Shown piece by piece: positions 34,901-47,316 of a DNA stretch of 64,000 nt. Each line of letters begins with the position of its first letter. Position 1 is the stretch's first letter. Made by a program: the position numbers and the translations under genes. The notes beneath the pieces are model-generated. The model did no database searches. It saw only the letters and a list, made by a program, of their open reading frames with translations, and was not told the DNA's origin. The DNA is from Somniosus microcephalus (lineage: Eukaryota): positions 27,094,001 through 27,158,000 of the forward strand of contig CM126218.1 in the NCBI GenBank assembly GCA_052327205.1, given 5' to 3'.

Positions 34901-37193
34901 GATTTAAAAGAAGGGGAAAAAAAGAGAAACTTAAAGTTTTACCGACACGGAAGCTATCAGCTTTTGTGCCGAGACAAATAAAACAAAAGATTTGCTGAGT
35001 GAAAGGAACCTTAAAGGATGCTGGAATTTCAGTTTGTGTGAAGGTGTGTGTTAAAGAGTAGAAGTTCTCCTGGCTATGAATGTTTAAGAAGTTACAGTAT
35101 TCCTTTTGTCTGAAAGTCTGTCTTTGAAAGAAAGTGTCTGTTGTGATTGTTTCAGCTCCACCCACTTTTCTGTGCATGGAGCTAAAAGCCGTTTAACCCA
35201 TTGTTGGATGTTGGAAGTTTTAAGAGAGTGTGGAGGTGTTAAATACGTTCATTTCAATTTAAGATTGTGCACCTAGAAGTGGGAGAAACTTTGTGATTTG
35301 CATTTTAAGTTAAAGACACTGCTGTGGATATATTTTGATTGGGACGGATTTACAGCAAGCTGTAAATCAGAGGCAGTTTGTATTACAAAAAGATAAGCTT
35401 CAGCCTTGAAGTTACGGTTGCCATTGTTTCTGATCGTGTCTGGTAGAAAATGAGTCTGGACTTTTTGAAAGTACATTGTTTTAATTGGATTACAAAAATT
35501 GCTATTGTTTGATTTTATTTTTAAATTAATTTGAACGTTTACAATGCACTGTTTTCTTAATTTGGTTACTGCAAGTCCGAGACACCCACTCTCTAACCTT
35601 TTGACGAGAAGCCTATGGTGAAATACAGAAAGGACAAAAGGAAAGATTCTGGCCCTTTTCTACTTTCAGTGTAGTGATGTCTGAAAAAAACATGTATGAA
35701 TGTTTCGAAGCTACAGGCTGAGGGAAGCTCCTCCGTCTTTTTCAAGTGGTACTGATTAGTTTAAAATATTGATTTGAATTGTATTGGAGTTATTGAGGAT
35801 AATTAACCTGTTTAAACCAGACTTTTATTGTGGCCACAGTGAAATTCTGGTTGGTGTAAATTGTGTGAAAGCCTCTAGTTCCAGACATGAGGCAATCACT
35901 TCAACAATTGGTATTTTTTAAATTTCTGACCAATTTCAAGTATGTGCGACCAGGAGGAAAAATAAAGGAAGTGCTATTCTTGTGTGTGGAGTTGTTTCAC
36001 AGAATGTTTATAAAGTCTGATGTTTTTACCTGCTGAATTGAATTGATCAGAATCTTTGCAAGTTTTAAAGGCACAAAGATTTTGCAAAAGCACCAGTTTT
36101 TTTTATTGACGAGTTTTTAAACTTATTTGATAGCTGCGAGAAGCTGTGTAACACAAGTTGACATTGATTGATGGTATCTGGGTTTGTCTTCTTTTGAGAA
36201 AAAAAAGTTAACTAACCTATTAAATTGTAAAAACCCAACTGTCTTTTTCGATCGGGAAAGCTTTTTTTTTAATTTACGTGAAGTGACGCAATTGCGCGTG
36301 TCTGACAATTTGCTCTGCCTTCTTACAAACCTGCAAAGGAGGTAATCCTTTCCACTGACAGATGGAATTTTTTCATTCACCACACAACAACTTTTTATTG
36401 CTGTATGAAATTTAAAGATATTGGACATTATTACATTTAAGTTCCTTAATTTTAAGTGCATATTTCCCCACATTGACAGAAGGGAATCAGGAATTGACGA
36501 ATTAACCCATTGGGCTGGCAGGAAAGCCACAATGGATTTTTCTGTTTTTCCTTTTAAGCAGGGAACCAGATGAGTGTTGATGGTGTAAGATTACCAAGTG
36601 GGTAGAAGCCTTCCCGTGCAAGTCGGTCACAGTCTCTTGAATGGCCAAGATCCTAGTTCGGGAGGTATTTTCCAGATGGGGGCTCCCTCGAGTGGTAGAA
36701 TCAGACCAAGGAATCATTTCACAGGTCAGGTAATGCAGGCCACTCTGAAGTTGTTTGGGATTGAAGGGAAATGGCACGTGACCCACAACCTGCAATCATC
36801 GGGAATTGTGGAAGGAATGAACCGTACATTAACATTGGCTCTGCGTAAAGAATTGAACGAAAACCCCAGCAGGTGGGATGAGCTACTTCCCCTAATCCTT
36901 ATGGGGATACGTAGTAACAGATCCAAAGGAACGGATCATTCCCCACATGAATTGGTAATGGGGAGACCCATGCGAACCCCCACACACCTCTTGGTCCCCA
37001 CTCTGACTGATAAACAAATTAAGAAGGTGACCCGGGGCAAATTTCTGAGTGATCTGTGGGGAACTTTAAAGGAGTTGAACTTAAGAGCCACCCGCAACAT
37101 TGGGAAGGTTCACCAACACAGCCGACTACACTTGGCTCCGAGTAAATCCCAGGAGTGGGAAGTAGGGAGCCAGGTAATGGTACAAAACTATGT

Positions 37194-40100
37194 CATAGAG
37201 TCATAGAGTAATACAGCATGGATAGAGGCCCTTCGGCCCATCGTGTCCGCGCCGGCCATCAAGCCCTGTCTAATCTAATCCCATATTCCAGCATTTGGCC
37301 CGTAGCCTTGTATGCTATGGCATTTCAAGTGCTCATCCAAATGCTTCTTAAATGTTGTGAGGGTTTCTGCCTCCACAACCCTTTCAGGCAGTGAGTTCCA
37401 GACTCCAACCACCCTCTGGGTGAAAAAGTTCTTTCTCAAATCCCCTCTAAACCTCCCGCCCTTTACCTTGAATCTATGCCCCCTAGTTATTGACCCCTCT
37501 ACTAAGGGAAAAAGCTCCTCAGCATCCATCCTATCTATGCCCCTCATAATGTTGTACACCTCAATCATGTCCCCCCTCAGCCTCCTCTGCTCCAAGGAAA
37601 ACAAACCCAATCTGCCCAGTCTCTCTTCATAGCTGAAGCGCTCCAGCCCTGGTAACATCCTGGTGAACCTCCTCTGCACCCTCTCTAACGCGATCACATC
37701 CTTCCTGTAGTGTGGCGACCAGAACTGCACACAGTATTCCAGCTGTGGCCTAACCAGTGTTTTATACAGCTCCACCATAACCTCCTTGCTCTTATATTCA
37801 ATGCCTCGGCTAATGAAGGCAAGTATCCCATATGCCTTTTTTACCACCTTATCCACCTGTTCCGCCGCCTTCAGGGATCTGTGTACTTGCACACCCAGAT
37901 CCCTCTGACCCTTCATCTTGCCTAGGGTCTTTCCATTCATTGTGTATTCCCTTGCCTTGTTAGTCCCCCCAAAGTGCATCACCTCGCACTTTTCCGGGTT
38001 AAATTCCATTTGCCACTGTTCCGCCCATCTGACCAACCCATCTATATCGTCCTGCAGACTGAGGCTACCCTCCTCGCTATTTACCACCCTACCAATTTTT
38101 GTATCATCCGCGAACTTACTGATCATACCCTTTACATTCATATCCAAGTCATTAATGTAGACCACAAACAGCAAGGGACCCAGCACCGATCCCTGTGGTA
38201 CCCCACTGGCCACAGGCTTCCAGTCACAAAAACAACCTTCGACCATCACCCTCTGCCTTCTGCCACTAAGCCAGTTTTGTATCCAATGTGCCAAGGCACC
38301 CTGCATTCCATGGGCTCTTACCTTCTTGACCAGCCTCCTGTGCGGGACTTTATCGAAGGCCTTACTGAAATCCATGTATACCACATCCACTGCGTTACCC
38401 TCATCCACACACCTAGTCACCCCCTCAAAAAATTCAATCAAATTAGTCAGACATGATCTTCCCTTGACAAAGCCATGTTGACTATCCCTGATTAATCCTT
38501 GCCTCTCCAAGTGGAGACAAATTTTGTCCCTCAGGACTTTTTCCAATAATTTTCCTACCACTGATGTTAGGCTCACTGGCCTGTAGTTCCCCGGTTTTTC
38601 CCTACTACCCTTCTTGAATAATGGTACTACATTAGCGGTTCTCCAGTCCTCTGGCACATCCCCTGTGGCCAGAGAGGTCCTGAATATATGTGTTAGAGCC
38701 CCCGCAATCTCCTCCTTTGCCTCACACAGCAGCCTGGGATACATTTCATCCGGGCCTGGGGATTTATCCATTTTTAGGCCAGCTAAAACCGCCAATACCT
38801 CCTCCCTCTCGATGTTAATATGTTCGAGCATATCACAGTCCCCCCGCCCTATTTCTATGTCTACATCGTCCTTCTCCATAGTGAAAACAGATGCAAAAAA
38901 TTCATTTAGAACCCCTCCTACATCTTCCGGCTCCACACACAGATTGCCACTTTTGTCCCTAATGGGCCCTAATTTTTCCCTAGTTATCCTCTTACCCTTA
39001 ATATACTTATAAAACATCTTCGGATTTTCCTTTATTTTGCTCGCCAGTGTTATTTCATGGCCCCTCCTTGATCTCCTAATTTCTTTTTTAAGTATCCCCC
39101 TGCACTTTTTGCACTCCTCTAGGGCTTCCTCCGTCTTTAGCCTTTTGTATCTACCAAAAGCCCTCCTTTTTTTCCTAATCCATTCTCGTATATCCCCTGA
39201 CATCCATGGTTCCTTGTGGTTTTTGGAACCACTCTTGACCTTTACGGGAACATGTTGCCATTGTATGATCTCAATCTCCCTTCTGAAAGCCTCCCATTGC
39301 TCCGATGCGGATTTTCCTACAAGTAGCTGATCCCAGTCCATTTTGGCCAGATCCTGCCTTATCCTATTAAAATCGGCCTTCCCCCAATTTAGAACCTTTA
39401 TTTCCGGCCCATCCCTGTCCTTTTCCATGACCACCTTAAATCTTACCATATTATGGTCACTATCACCAAAGTGCTCACCTACTAGCACTTTTTCCACTTG
39501 GCCGGCCACATTCCCTAGAATTAGGTCCAGTACCACCCCCTCTCTTGTAGGACTTTCTACATGCTGGCTCAAAAAGCTCTCCTGGATGCACTTTAAGAAT
39601 TCTACACCCTCTGAGCCTTTCACACTCTGACTATCCCAGTTAATATTGGGGAAGTTGAAATCCCCCATTATTATTACCCTATTATTTGCACATTTCTCTG
39701 AGATTTGCCTACATATCTGTTCCTCTATCTCCCCCTGACTGTTTGGAGGCCTATAGTACACTCCCAGCAAAGTGCTTGCCCCCTTTTTGTTTTTAAGCTC
39801 CACCCATATGGCCTCATTAGAGGACCCTGCTAATATATCATCCCTCCTTACTGCAGTAATTGACTCCTTAATTAATATTGCGACACCCCCTCCTCTTATA
39901 CCTCCCCCTCTGTCTCGCCTGAAGATTCTGTACCCCGGAATATTGAGCTGCCAGTCTTGCCCCTCCCTCAACCATGTCTCCGTGATCGCAACAATATCAT
40001 GCTCCCATGTGTTTATCAACACCTTCAGTTCATCCACCTTATTTGCAAGACTCCTTGCATTAAAATAGATGCCATCCAGCCTTGCCCTTATATATTTGCC

Positions 40101-40455
40101 CTGTCTACCAAGCTGACTTGTTTTTTTCTCTATAATTGGCAGCACATCCCCCCCTATTTCAGCTCCCCTCTGTATCCCATCCCCCTGCCAAGTTAGTTTA
40201 AACCCCCCCCAACAGTGCTAGCAAACCTCCCCGCAAGGATATTTGTCCCGCTCTGGTTCAGGTGCAACCCGTCCGACCTGTACAAGTCCCACCTTTCCCA
40301 GAAGCAGGCCCAGTGATCCAGGAAAGTAAAACCCTCCCCCCTACACCAACTCTTTAGCCACGCATTCATCTGCTCTATCCTCCCATTCCTATACTTACTA
40401 GCACGTGGCACTGGGAGTAATCCAGAGATTACAACCTTTGAGGTCCTGCTCTTTA
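37194..40455 (-). mobile_element. Young CR1 LINE, 5'-truncated within ORF1
   Basis: 3' tail (ACTCTATG)n at 37194; ATGT duplicated at both junctions; ORF1 esterase C-terminus at 40193-40455 (VVISGLLP..DGLHLN); intact ORF2. Confidence 0.96.
37275..40145 (-). CDS. CR1 ORF2 (APE endonuclease plus reverse transcriptase), uninterrupted ~956 aa
   Basis: FNARS, ITETW, YRPP, GDFN, SDH; [43 protein letters not shown]. Start codon uncertain. Confidence 0.93.
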   Translation of the reverse strand: MLPIIEKKTSQLGRQGKYIRARLDGIYFNARSLANKVDELKVLINTWEHDIVAITETWLREGQDWQLNIPGYRIFRRDRGGGIRGGGVAILIKESITAVRRDDILAGSSNEAIWVELKNKKGASTLLGVYYRPPNSQGEIEEQICRQISEKCANNRVIIMGDFNFPNINWDSQSVKGSEGVEFLKCIQESFLSQHVESPTREGVVLDLILGNVAGQVEKVLVGEHFGDSDHNMVRFKVVMEKDRDGPEIKVLNWGKADFNRIRQDLAKMDWDQLLVGKSASEQWEAFRREIEIIQWQHVPVKVKSGSKNHKEPWMSGDIREWIRKKRRAFGRYKRLKTEEALEECKKCRGILKKEIRRSRRGHEITLASKIKENPKMFYKYIKGKRITREKLGPIRDKSGNLCVEPEDVGGVLNEFFASVFTMEKDDVDIEIGRGDCDMLEHINIEREEVLAVLAGLKMDKSPGPDEMYPRLLCEAKEEIAGALTHIFRTSLATGDVPEDWRTANVVPLFKKGSREKPGNYRPVSLTSVVGKLLEKVLRDKICLHLERQGLIRDSQHGFVKGRSCLTNLIEFFEGVTRCVDEGNAVDVVYMDFSKAFDKVPHRRLVKKVRAHGMQGALAHWIQNWLSGRRQRVMVEGCFCDWKPVASGVPQGSVLGPLLFVVYINDLDMNVKGMISKFADDTKIGRVVNSEEGSLSLQDDIDGLVRWAEQWQMEFNPEKCEVMHFGGTNKAREYTMNGKTLGKMKGQRDLGVQVHRSLKAAEQVDKVVKKAYGILAFISRGIEYKSKEVMVELYKTLVRPQLEYCVQFWSPHYRKDVIALERVQRRFTRMLPGLERFSYEERLGRLGLFSLEQRRLRGDMIEVYNIMRGIDRMDAEELFPLVEGSITRGHRFKVKGGRFRGDLRKNFFTQRVVGVWNSLPERVVEAETLTTFKKHLDEHLKCHSIQGYGPNAGIWD

Positions 40456-40609
40456 ATGTGAGGGTGGGAATGTTTGAACCTCTCTACAAGGGGCCGTATA
40501 GCATTGTCGACAAAGCTAGTCCCATGGTGTATGTGGTTCAGTTACCTAAGAACATTAAGTGGTTTCATATTAACCAGATGAAGCTTTTTCAGCCCACTAG
40601 CAGGTCATG

Positions 40610-42765
40610 AAGACAACAAGCCACGATTATGAGCATGGTGAGCCGGATTTATCCTCTCCAGTGGGATGATGAAGAAGGGGTGCCTAATGGGACACCCCCA
40701 CCCAATGATCCGGCCCGTCTGAAAGGGCGCCTCCTCAGGAACAGTATGATCCAAATGAAGGTGGACAGGACATGGGAGCAGTAGAAACCTCCTCGTCCCC
40801 AGGTCCGGAACCACCTCCCACCCCACGGTGGTGTAGAAAAAGTATCATCAGTGGTAGGAGTGGGAAAATTGCCCAATGCAGGAAACGGAGTGTAGGAAGC
40901 CCGACCCAATCCTGAGCAGTGGGAGACATTCTGTTGTGTTGGCCCCGATGGTGAAAAATTCATGAGGGAATTTATGGATGTGTAAGCCCAAGTGGGGTGA
41001 CAGATGGGTTCCAGTCGGATGATTCGGACGGCTTGTCCATGATTGAAAGGGATGTAACCAGTTGTACGATGTTTGCCCACCATAGGGCCAAGGAACTCTA
41101 TCAATGGTATAGCAACGATACCGGTATTAGCACCTATCACATAAGGGGATGTGGTAACGGAAGTGCAGTTATACATGCAGTAGAATTAAAAGTTCGACCG
41201 AAAATTCCTCTCCCTATGAATAAAACACAATCACGGGAAGGACAAAATACAACCCGGGTCACTTGCCCTAAACACACCCCGGGACTGACAAATGGGTTAG
41301 TGGTAATCCCAACTCGGATGATATTGTACCATGATGTGCATCATGAGGTGGTGCCAGTAATATTGAATCTGACCGAGGTGGCAATACCGAACTGGAGCAA
41401 ACCAGAGACAGCGCGGTTATATGAGAGGATGGTGCAGGAGTTAATGGAGGGATTTTGGGAAAGGACCAGCTCAACACTGGCAGAATCAGATTTAGAGTCG
41501 TTATATCACATGGGCTCAGGGAATGGTAATAGATTTAACAAGGCAAATAGTACCGAGATCATTGAAGAAAACAATGTTGGTTACGGGATTAAAGGGAACC
41601 ATATCAGAAGGTGACGGGGTCTGATAACTTTTTGATACCGGAACCTCCCTCATTAATAGCTTAGATTTGGTCAGCTTGGATCAATCCGCAAAGACAGTTA
41701 GAAATCGTTTAAAGAAAATTTTAAATAAAATGAATGGTCTGGAACAGGAGGAATTGAAGGAAGACCAAATTATGACCATGCATCTGCAGGACGTGGTTAA
41801 ATATTTAGAATCCCGTGCTAAAAAGATAAACCAACTTTTAAAGGGGAATTAAAGCCTCTAGTGAGGCCGCACAAAATGATATGTGTTTAATGTATGGATC
41901 TTGGTTAGTGGAACAAGCCAGAGAAAATCTGTAGCTTATTGCTGGGGGGGGGGGGGGCGCTACCCTCCTGGGCGACTGATCGACACCTGAGGGCAATTTC
42001 CACTTATCAATTTACAGGAAACTCTTTGGTATCCGGCACCGATGGGACCGGGATGGTGCCGGTTGATTAAAAATTTCGGATGACAGAGAGGGTTATCTAC
42101 CGAGGCTATTTTTAACAAACAAAAATAAAAAAATCAAGAAATGTGCGGTATACAGTAATTGAATACTCACCTACAGAATGTTGTGTTAAATGGATGGTGG
42201 AAGATGCTTGATTAAGTACAGTACTGCCAGTTGAGGGTAATCCATAACTCTTTAATTACTTAACAGTAAAACAAAACTTATACAGTAAACGACTGTATAA
42301 AGCGTGGGAGAGTCAGACTCCTGTTATTGAGGTGTTCCGACTTCCGACAGCTCCAAGAAGCCAAGTAGTGGCAGTTTGGAGAACTACCCCCACTGACTAA
42401 CTCGGCCACTGTGGGAGACTCGGACTCGGCAACATTTCCGGTTATTGAGGTGTTGTTTTCGGAGTATGAATTTTGCCGGTTAATAGAGAATTCCGGATAT
42501 TTAGGTGCCGTTTAAACGAGAGTTTCCTGTACCATGAATATCTGTAAAGGCAGGGGTTGGTAAGGTGTACCAGGTGAAACATGAATGCCATTTGCAAGAA
42601 CAGAACAATGTAACTCTGTTAGGGATGGTATTGTATTATCCCATCCTGCCCGAAAAGGTGACCCCAAATCCTCTGTTCCATGTGGAGAATATAGGAGTAC
42701 GTTAGGGAGACCAGTTAATAAGGTATGACGAACCCCCGAAGTATGGGACCACATGGGTCAGATCT
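40610..42765 (+). pseudogene. env remnant (class I fusion-protein-like)
   Basis: Follows the integrase stop. GLVVIPTRMILYHDVHHEVVPVILNLT; IRR*R|GLITF..TGTSLINSLDL (furin site plus fusion peptide); heptad LDQSAKTVRNRLKKILNKMNGLE..LQDVVKYLE..INQL; later LGMVLYYPIL..PLFHVENIG; truncated before any TM segment. Confidence 0.65.
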
Positions 42766-42924
42766 TACCGGGTGAATCTAAATGTCTTACAGTATAGAGT
42801 GAAACATTAGCAACAATTCTCTAGCTTGCTATTTCTGCGTGGGAGATAGCTAAACTGTTAGTGTAATCTCACCCACTGAATAACCCATTCTATTCTTAGC
42901 CAAGAGGTCTATGAAGAGGATCAA

Positions 42925-43385
42925 TAGAATAAGTGGGAAGTGATGCACTTAGGGAGAAACATCATGGAGAGGCAGGATAATCTAAATGGTACTATTTTGA
43001 GGGGGTGCAAGAGCAGAGGGACCTGGGGGTGCATATTCACAAATCCTTGAAGGTGGCAGGGCAAAGTTATAAGACAGTTAAGAAAGTGTATGGGACACTT
43101 GGCTTTGTAAATAGGGGCATTGGATACAAAAACAAGGAAGTCATGCTAAACATTACAAGTCTCTGGTCAGGCCTCAGCTGGAGTATTGTGTACAATTCTG
43201 GGCACCACACTTTAGGAAGGATGTTAAGGCCTTAGAGAGGGTATAGAGGAGGTTTACCAGGATGATACCAGGGATGAGGGATTTCAGTTATATGGAGAGA
43301 TTGGAGAAGCTGGAATTGTTCTCCTTAGTGCAGAGAAGGGTAAGGGGAGACCTACTAGAGATATTCAAAATTAAGAGGTTCTTTG
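42925..43385 (+). mobile_element. Degenerate CR1 ORF2 C-terminal fragment
   Basis: [52 protein letters not shown]. Confidence 0.85.
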
Positions 43386-43799
43386 ATTGAAAACAGTATT
43401 GGTCCCAACACAGGCACCTGGAGGACTGTGCTCAGTACACCCCCCATTACCATCCAACATCATACCCTTAACCAGTGCCTGCTGCTTCCTACTCTTTACC
43501 CAACTTCCTAACCATTCCTAGGAATTTCCTGGAATTTCTGCCATTTTAAGCTTCAGTAGCTGCCCTTTGTTGAAGAATTTTAGGGATTGTCATCATCCAC
43601 TTTTGCAGTGGCTTTCTCAAAAAAAGTCAAGAACGTTGGGCAGTCATAATCTTCCCTCTGAGTCCATTTTTGCTGTTGTTACTAGGCTGTCATACAGGTA
43701 ATCCTCAAGCTTACTCCCAATAATCAATTCTAGTATTTTATCCAATAATCATGAAGGTGCAGTTGCCTGGGTTTGTTTTGTTACTTTTTTTAAAATGGA

Positions 43800-45062
43800 T
43801 TTCACGTCATCTGGCTTCTGTCCCAGGGTTCATTGACCCCATCACGACAGCTCCTAGGGAATCTGGCACACACCTTCATGAACCTCTTCTTGTGGTTGCA
43901 CACCAGCTGCGCATTGACAGAATAAAATCCCTTGCAGTCGACAAAAAACTCCTGGTTGCTGTGGTGGTCCTTGGATTGCCACATGTGTGCCTGTGTGAAG
44001 CCAGCCAGAGTGGCGAATGTGAGTGTCCGCTCACATTCGCCACTCTGGCTATTGTCGCTGGGGAAGTTGACATAAGTTGATGCCGAGGCAAACAACCCAT
44101 CCGTGAGCTGCTGCAAAAATTTATGGGCAGCTGACTGAGAGACCCTCAAGATGTTTCTGGTGGTGCACTGGAAAGAGCCAGAGGCAATGAAATTGAGTGC
44201 AGTGGTGACTTTCAGAGTGACGGCAACGTGTGGCCACCAAGTCTAGCAGGGAGCAGCTCTGCTTGAAGGAGTCTGCAGATGTCTGCAGCCACCTGCCATG
44301 ACAGTCTGAGCCTGCGGAAGCACTGCTCTTCAGATAGGTCCAGGAAGCTGAGCCTCTGGCGGTAGACCCTCTCATGTGGGTAGTGCCTCCCGCGACATCG
44401 GCCCCCTCTGTTGGTCTCCTCTCTGCTGTTCTGCGCCTCTCTCCTCTGCACCTCTCTCCTCTGCACCTCTCTCCTCTACACCTGTTGATCCGACCACAGC
44501 TCACTGTTGCTGCCTGGGATGGTGATTGACTTCCTCGTCTGATGTAGTGTCGAAAACATCCATGGCGCCTCCCTGCCTGCTGGTGTCCGTTTGAAAGGCT
44601 CCAAACTACCCAAAAATCGCTATGCTGACAAGGGCTCCCTGCTAAATGTTTCCTGAGGGAACTGACAGAGCCACTGTAAGCACTGAGCCTTTATTGAGAG
44701 TGGGCAATCTGAAGTTGATAGCGCACCTCAAACTTCCCTCCTTTTCAATGGCGAGTTTCCTGAGCCCCTGGAAAACCATACTGGAGGTGTTAAATTCAAA
44801 GTATAGCTTAAATCAATTGAAAATTCACCCATTTCCATTTAATTATGACATTCAATGCTGTGTTAACTGTCAACCCGCCTGTGTTAATGATCGCACCGAC
44901 TCCGGCGAGAAGGTAACTCACACTCAACAAAACGTGCCTCTGTTAAACCCGGAAGTCGGCGCGTTGGAGCTGGGTTGTGGTTGCGCTTCAATTTTCTTCT
45001 ATTTTCACTTCCCATCCGACGCCAACCCTCCCATTCTCGGGTGTTAAAATCCGCCCCCCCCC
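43800..45062 (-). mobile_element. Degenerate Harbinger element with transposase pseudogene
   Basis: Frameshifted RVYRQRLSFLDLSEEQCFRRLRL..DICRLL, VSQSAAH..LTDGLF and KGFYSVNAQLVCNHKKRF..VCARFPRSCRD, homologous to 18172-19323; TIR-like end AAAATCCGCCCC at ~45055. Confidence 0.85.
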
Positions 45063-45809
45063 CACCAAGATTACTGACGCTAACCAGGTAGTCACCAAGC
45101 TCTCTGTTCAAGGAATCTCACTGATCATTAGAAATGGTTTCAACGAGCTGTCTCAAAGCCTTCTCAGTCTGACTAAACTTGCATTGCAGGTTCTGTGAAG
45201 TGCAAAGTAATACAACACCTCTTAGTACTCTTAGTAACTTTAGGGTGAATGTTTAATTCATGTAGTCAAGCCCTTTTTTAAAAAAGTGAAGCAATTTTAT
45301 GTTAAAGTTATTGCATGTATTAAGGATGAATTATTAGCTTGAAGTTTCTTATTTCAAGTTTGACTATCTGACAAAAAATCCATAAATAATTCTTGTGTTT
45401 CTGAACACCTTCAACAAGCTGAGAATCTCATTATCGAGCTTTTCCAGAAAGCAAGTTAGATTGACCAGGTTCTGCAACATGACCTTGTACAGCCTTATAA
45501 TTGAAGGATGCAAGATGTGAAGCTGGGACGTTTCAGACTCAGCAGAACGTTCTGTCCATCCAAGGTTGGTAGAAGAGCTTCCAAGAATAACAAGTGAACG
45601 TTGGTGATTGGACGTGTGAAATCCTCAACTAGCATTTCTTCTTTTATTGTTGATTTTTACCTGTCATTGTATCCCACCCCTCTCATCTTTGTCATGGTTG
45701 GTAAGGAAGTTCCTTCTGAGACAGTGCATTTGACTAGTCCACTGTTGACGCATCTGCTTTGATTTAAGCCACCCTGTGGATACATGGGCAAGAACATTTC
45801 TTGCATCTT

Positions 45810-47316
45810 CATGGTCATCTTCCAAAATTCTATAAATTCTGGAATGGTTCCTACAGATTGAAGGATAGCAAATGTAACCCCACTATTTAAGAAAGGAGGG
45901 AGAGAGAAAATGGGGAATTACAGACCTGTTAGCCTCATATCAGTAGTTGGGGAAATGCTGGAATCTGTTATAAAGGATGCAATAACTGAGCACTTAGAAA
46001 CTAATAGTAAGATTGGGCAGAGTCAACATGGATTTATGAAAGGGAAATGCTGTTTGACAAACCTATTGGAGTTCTTTGAGGATGTAACTAGTGGAGTAGA
46101 CAAAGGGGAACCGGTAGATGTGGTGTATCTGGATTTTCAGAAGGCCTTTGATAAGGTCCCACAAAAGAGGTTGAACAAAATTAGGGCACATGGAATTGGG
46201 GGTAATATACTAGCATGGATTGAGAATTGGTTAACAGACAGAAAACAAAGAGTAGGGATAAATGGGTCTTTTTCAGGATGGCAGGCTGTGACTAGTGGGG
46301 TACCACAAGGATCGGTGCTTGGGCCCCAGCTATTCACAATCTATATCAATGATTTGGATGAGGGGACTAAATGTAACATTTCCAAATTTGCTGATGATAC
46401 AAAGCTAGGTGGCAGTGTCAGTTGTGAAGAGGATATGAAGAGGCTTCAAGGGGATCTCAACAGGCTCAGTGAGTGGGCGAGAACATGGCAGATGGAATAT
46501 AATGTGGATAAATGTGAAGTTATCCACTTTGGTAGAAAAAACAGAAAGGCAGAGTATTTCCTAAATGGTGAAAGATTGGGGAATGCAGATGCTCAAAGGG
46601 ACCTGGGTGTCCTTGTACATGAGTCACTGAAAGTGAATGTTCAGGTGCAGCAAGTCATTAGGAAGGCAAATGGTATGCTGGCCTTCATTACAAGAGGATT
46701 TGAGTACAGGAGTAAAGAAGTCTTACTCCAATTATATAGGGCCTTGGTGAGACCACACCTGGAGTACTGTGTACAATTTTGGTCTCCTTACCTAAGGAAG
46801 GATATACTTGCCATAGAGGGAGTGCAACGAAGGTTCACGAGATTGATTCCTGGGATGGCGGGACTGTCATATGAGAAGAGATTGAGTAAACTAGGCATAT
46901 ATTCTCTTGAATTCAGAAGAATGAGAGAGGATCTCATTGAAGCATACAAAATTATGACAGGGCTTGATAGGATGAATGCTGGGAGAATGTTTCCCTTGGC
47001 TGGGGAGTCTAGAGCCAGGGGCCACAGCCTCAAGATAAAGGGTAGGCCATTCAGGACTGAGATGAGTAGAAATTTCTTCACACAGAGGGTGTGAATCTTT
47101 GGAATTCTCTACCCCAGAGGGCTGTGGAGGCTCAGTCATTGGGTATATTCAAAACAGAAGTCGATAGATTTCTGACTAGTAAGGGCATCAAGGGATATGG
47201 TGATAGGGCCGGTGAATGTAATTGAGGCAGAAGATCAGCCATGATCTCATTGAATGGCGGAGCAGGCTCGAAGAGCCGAATGGCCTACTCCTGCTCCTAT
47301 TTCTTATGTTCTTATG
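45810..47316 (+). mobile_element. 5'-truncated CR1 LINE (RT ORF 45910-47094 plus 3' UTR)
   Basis: [32 protein letters not shown]; tail TTCTTATGTTCTTATG. Confidence 0.95.

Larger units (their letters stand above)
36560..40600 (+). pseudogene. Retroviral-type integrase remnant, split by CR1 (36560-37193 and 40456-40600)
   Basis: TKWVEAFP...VREVFSRWG.P.VVESDQG.HFTG...QSSGIVEGMNRTL...WDELLP.ILM..R...SPHELVMGRPM; after the CR1: VRVGMFEPLYKGPYSIVDK...WFHINQMK (GPY/F motif). Confidence 0.88.
33474..42791 (+). mobile_element. Decayed envelope-encoding LTR retroelement (lokiretrovirus-like ERV), PR/RT missing, interrupted by CR1
   Basis: Termini TGTAAGA / TCTTACA with 4-bp TSD GTAT (33470-73 and 42792-95); 5' LTR 33474-34209; tRNA-Lys PBS; gag, integrase and env remnants in retroviral order. 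Confidence 0.85.
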
